From an uncultured Candidatus Rokubacteria bacterium (lineage in GTDB: Bacteria > Methylomirabilota > Methylomirabilia > Rokubacteriales > CSP1-6), in NCBI GenBank assembly GCA_963758635.1, contig CAVWWD010000003.1, forward strand, positions 416,001 through 480,000: 64,000 nt of DNA, in the 5' to 3' direction. The notes under the pieces are model-generated. The model saw nothing but the letters and a program-made list of their open reading frames with translations, made no database searches and was not told the DNA's origin. Made by a program: the position numbers and the translations under genes. Below are positions 62,754-64,000 of the stretch, in pieces (the stretch's first letter is position 1; every line of letters begins with the position of its first letter).

Positions 62754-63534
62754 ATGACGTACGAGGCCCGGAGCGGCCCGGTGGAGGCGCTCCGGGACAT
62801 CTCCTTCGGCGTCGAGCCGCGGGCGAGCTCGTGGCCCTGGTCGGCCCGAGCGGGTGCGGGAAGTCCACGCTGCTGCGGATCGTCGCTGGGCTGCGGCCCG
62901 CCCACCGGCGGCACGCGTCACGGTGGACGGCCGCGCGGTGACGCGGCCGATCGCCGCGGTCGGCATGGTGTTCCAGGCCCCGGTGCTGCTCAAGTGGCGC
63001 TCGGTCCTCGACAACGTGCTGCTGCCCGCCGAGCTGGCCGGCCTCGACCCGCGGCGCTATCGCGATCGCGCGCGCGACCTGCTGCGGCTGGTCGGCCTGG
63101 CCGACTTCGAGGCCAAGCGCCCCCAGGAGCTGTCCGGCGGCATGCAGCAGCGGGCGTCGCTGTGCCGCGCGCTGCTGCTGGATCCGCCGCTGCTCCTGAT
63201 GGACGAGCCCTTCGGCGCGCTCGACGCCATGACCCGCGACGAGATGAACCTCGAGCTGCTGCGCGTGTGGGGGGAGGCGAGCGAGGGGGGCGCGCGGGAC
63301 TCCAAGACGATCCTCTTCGTCACGCACTCGATTCCCGAGGCGGTGTTCCTCGCCGACCGCGTCGTCGTGATGTCCCCGCGGCCGGGGCGCGTCGCGCGCA
63401 TCTGCCCGGTGGCCCTGCCGCGCCCGCGCACCGTCGAGGCCCGCGCCTCCGCGGAGTTCGGTCGCCTCTCGCTCGAGATCTACGGCGCGCTGACCGCGCC
63501 GGCCCGCCCGGGCGCTTCGCCGGGATCGCCTTGA
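62754..63534 (+). CDS. NitT/TauT ABC ATPase; frameshifts near 62820 and 62900; start uncertain
   Basis: GPSGCGKS, LSGGMQQR, DEPFGALD, VTHSIPEAV. Confidence 0.85.
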
Positions 63535-63548
63535 CGGGTGGCCCGACA

Positions 63549-63569
63549 GGTGTCGATCAAGACGTTCAC
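63549..63569 (-). pseudogene. Possible first codons of a PIN-domain (VapC) toxin
   Basis: GTGA overlap with the antitoxin stop; MNVLIDT, then similarity is lost. Confidence 0.45.
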
Positions 63570-63787
63570 AGGTACTTCTCGGCCAGCGCCTTGTAACGAT
63601 CGTCCTTCCGGCGAGCGGCCTTGAACCGCCCTCGCCAGCGGGCCGAGAATGAAGGGCGCTTCTCGAGGGTCAAGCCCCGGAGAGCGCGCTCGATGAGGTC
63701 GGACAAGGAGACCCCCTGAGAGCGCGCCTGTTCCTTCGCCTTGAGGATCAGCTCTTCGTCGATGGTCACCGTGAGCTTTGCCTTCAT
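63566..63787 (-). CDS. DUF6364-like ribbon-helix-helix antitoxin
   Basis: MKAKLTVTIDEELILKAKEQARSQGVSLSDLIE...YKALAEKYL. Confidence 0.75.
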   Translation of the reverse strand: MKAKLTVTIDEELILKAKEQARSQGVSLSDLIERALRGLTLEKRPSFSARWRGRFKAARRKDDRYKALAEKYL

Positions 63788-63829
63788 GCCTGCCATCCCC
63801 GGTCGTGGTATGCGTATGGTTCTGTGCGC

Positions 63830-64000
63830 TCACTCGATCCGGCGGTCGGCCCGCGCGAGCACGGCGCGCGGGATCGTCAGGCCGATCGCCTTGGCCGTCT
63901 TCAGGTTGACGACCAGCTCGAGCGCCGTGGGCCGCTCGATGGGGAGCGTGCCCGGCGCCGCGCCTTTGAGGATGCGATCGACGTACACGGCCGCACGTTC
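63830..64000 (-). CDS. COG2984-type ABC substrate-binding protein, C-terminal part (5' outside window)
   Basis: [34 protein letters not shown]. Confidence 0.85.
   Translation of the reverse strand, partial: ERAAVYVDRILKGAAPGTLPIERPTALELVVNLKTAKAIGLTIPRAVLARADRRIE

Noticed and set aside
9500..62920. Programmed frameshifting or phase variation in many genes
   Set aside because: No shared slippery motif noticed; scattered single indels, including a G missing from an ATG at 24877, fit long-read error
1..64000. CRISPR array, tRNA, rRNA, transposase or prophage genes
   Set aside because: None recognised by eye; no regularly spaced repeats seen

Overview
Very GC-rich bacterial window that is almost entirely coding. 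It is dominated by ABC uptake systems (two Liv-type operons, Dpp/Opp-type, Fe3+/polyamine-type, NitT/TauT-type) and catabolic enzymes (LLM oxidoreductases, SDR, enoyl-CoA hydratase, amidohydrolase, TPP enzyme, cyclase family, enolase superfamily). It also carries two divergent hybrid histidine kinases, degP, sodC, an RNase II-family gene, a membrane TIR protein and a BNR-repeat/MoaD/DoxX operon. The gene content resembles Ca. Rokubacteria (inference only). Many genes have single-base frameshifts, most likely long-read assembly errors. No rRNA, tRNA, CRISPR array or transposase was seen. Most notable observations: (1) an ~85-bp element present twice 26 kb apart, keeping an intact 21-codon ORF and hairpin potential; (2) a class III cyclase with non-canonical base-specificity residues coupled to an OmpA-domain lipoprotein and a possible kinase remnant; (3) several gene 'scars' in which only the two ends of a gene survive; (4) an inverted ~65-bp element flanking livHM and a ~300-bp palindromic MITE/REP-like element; (5) candidate leaderless promoters, one pointing to an ATC codon.
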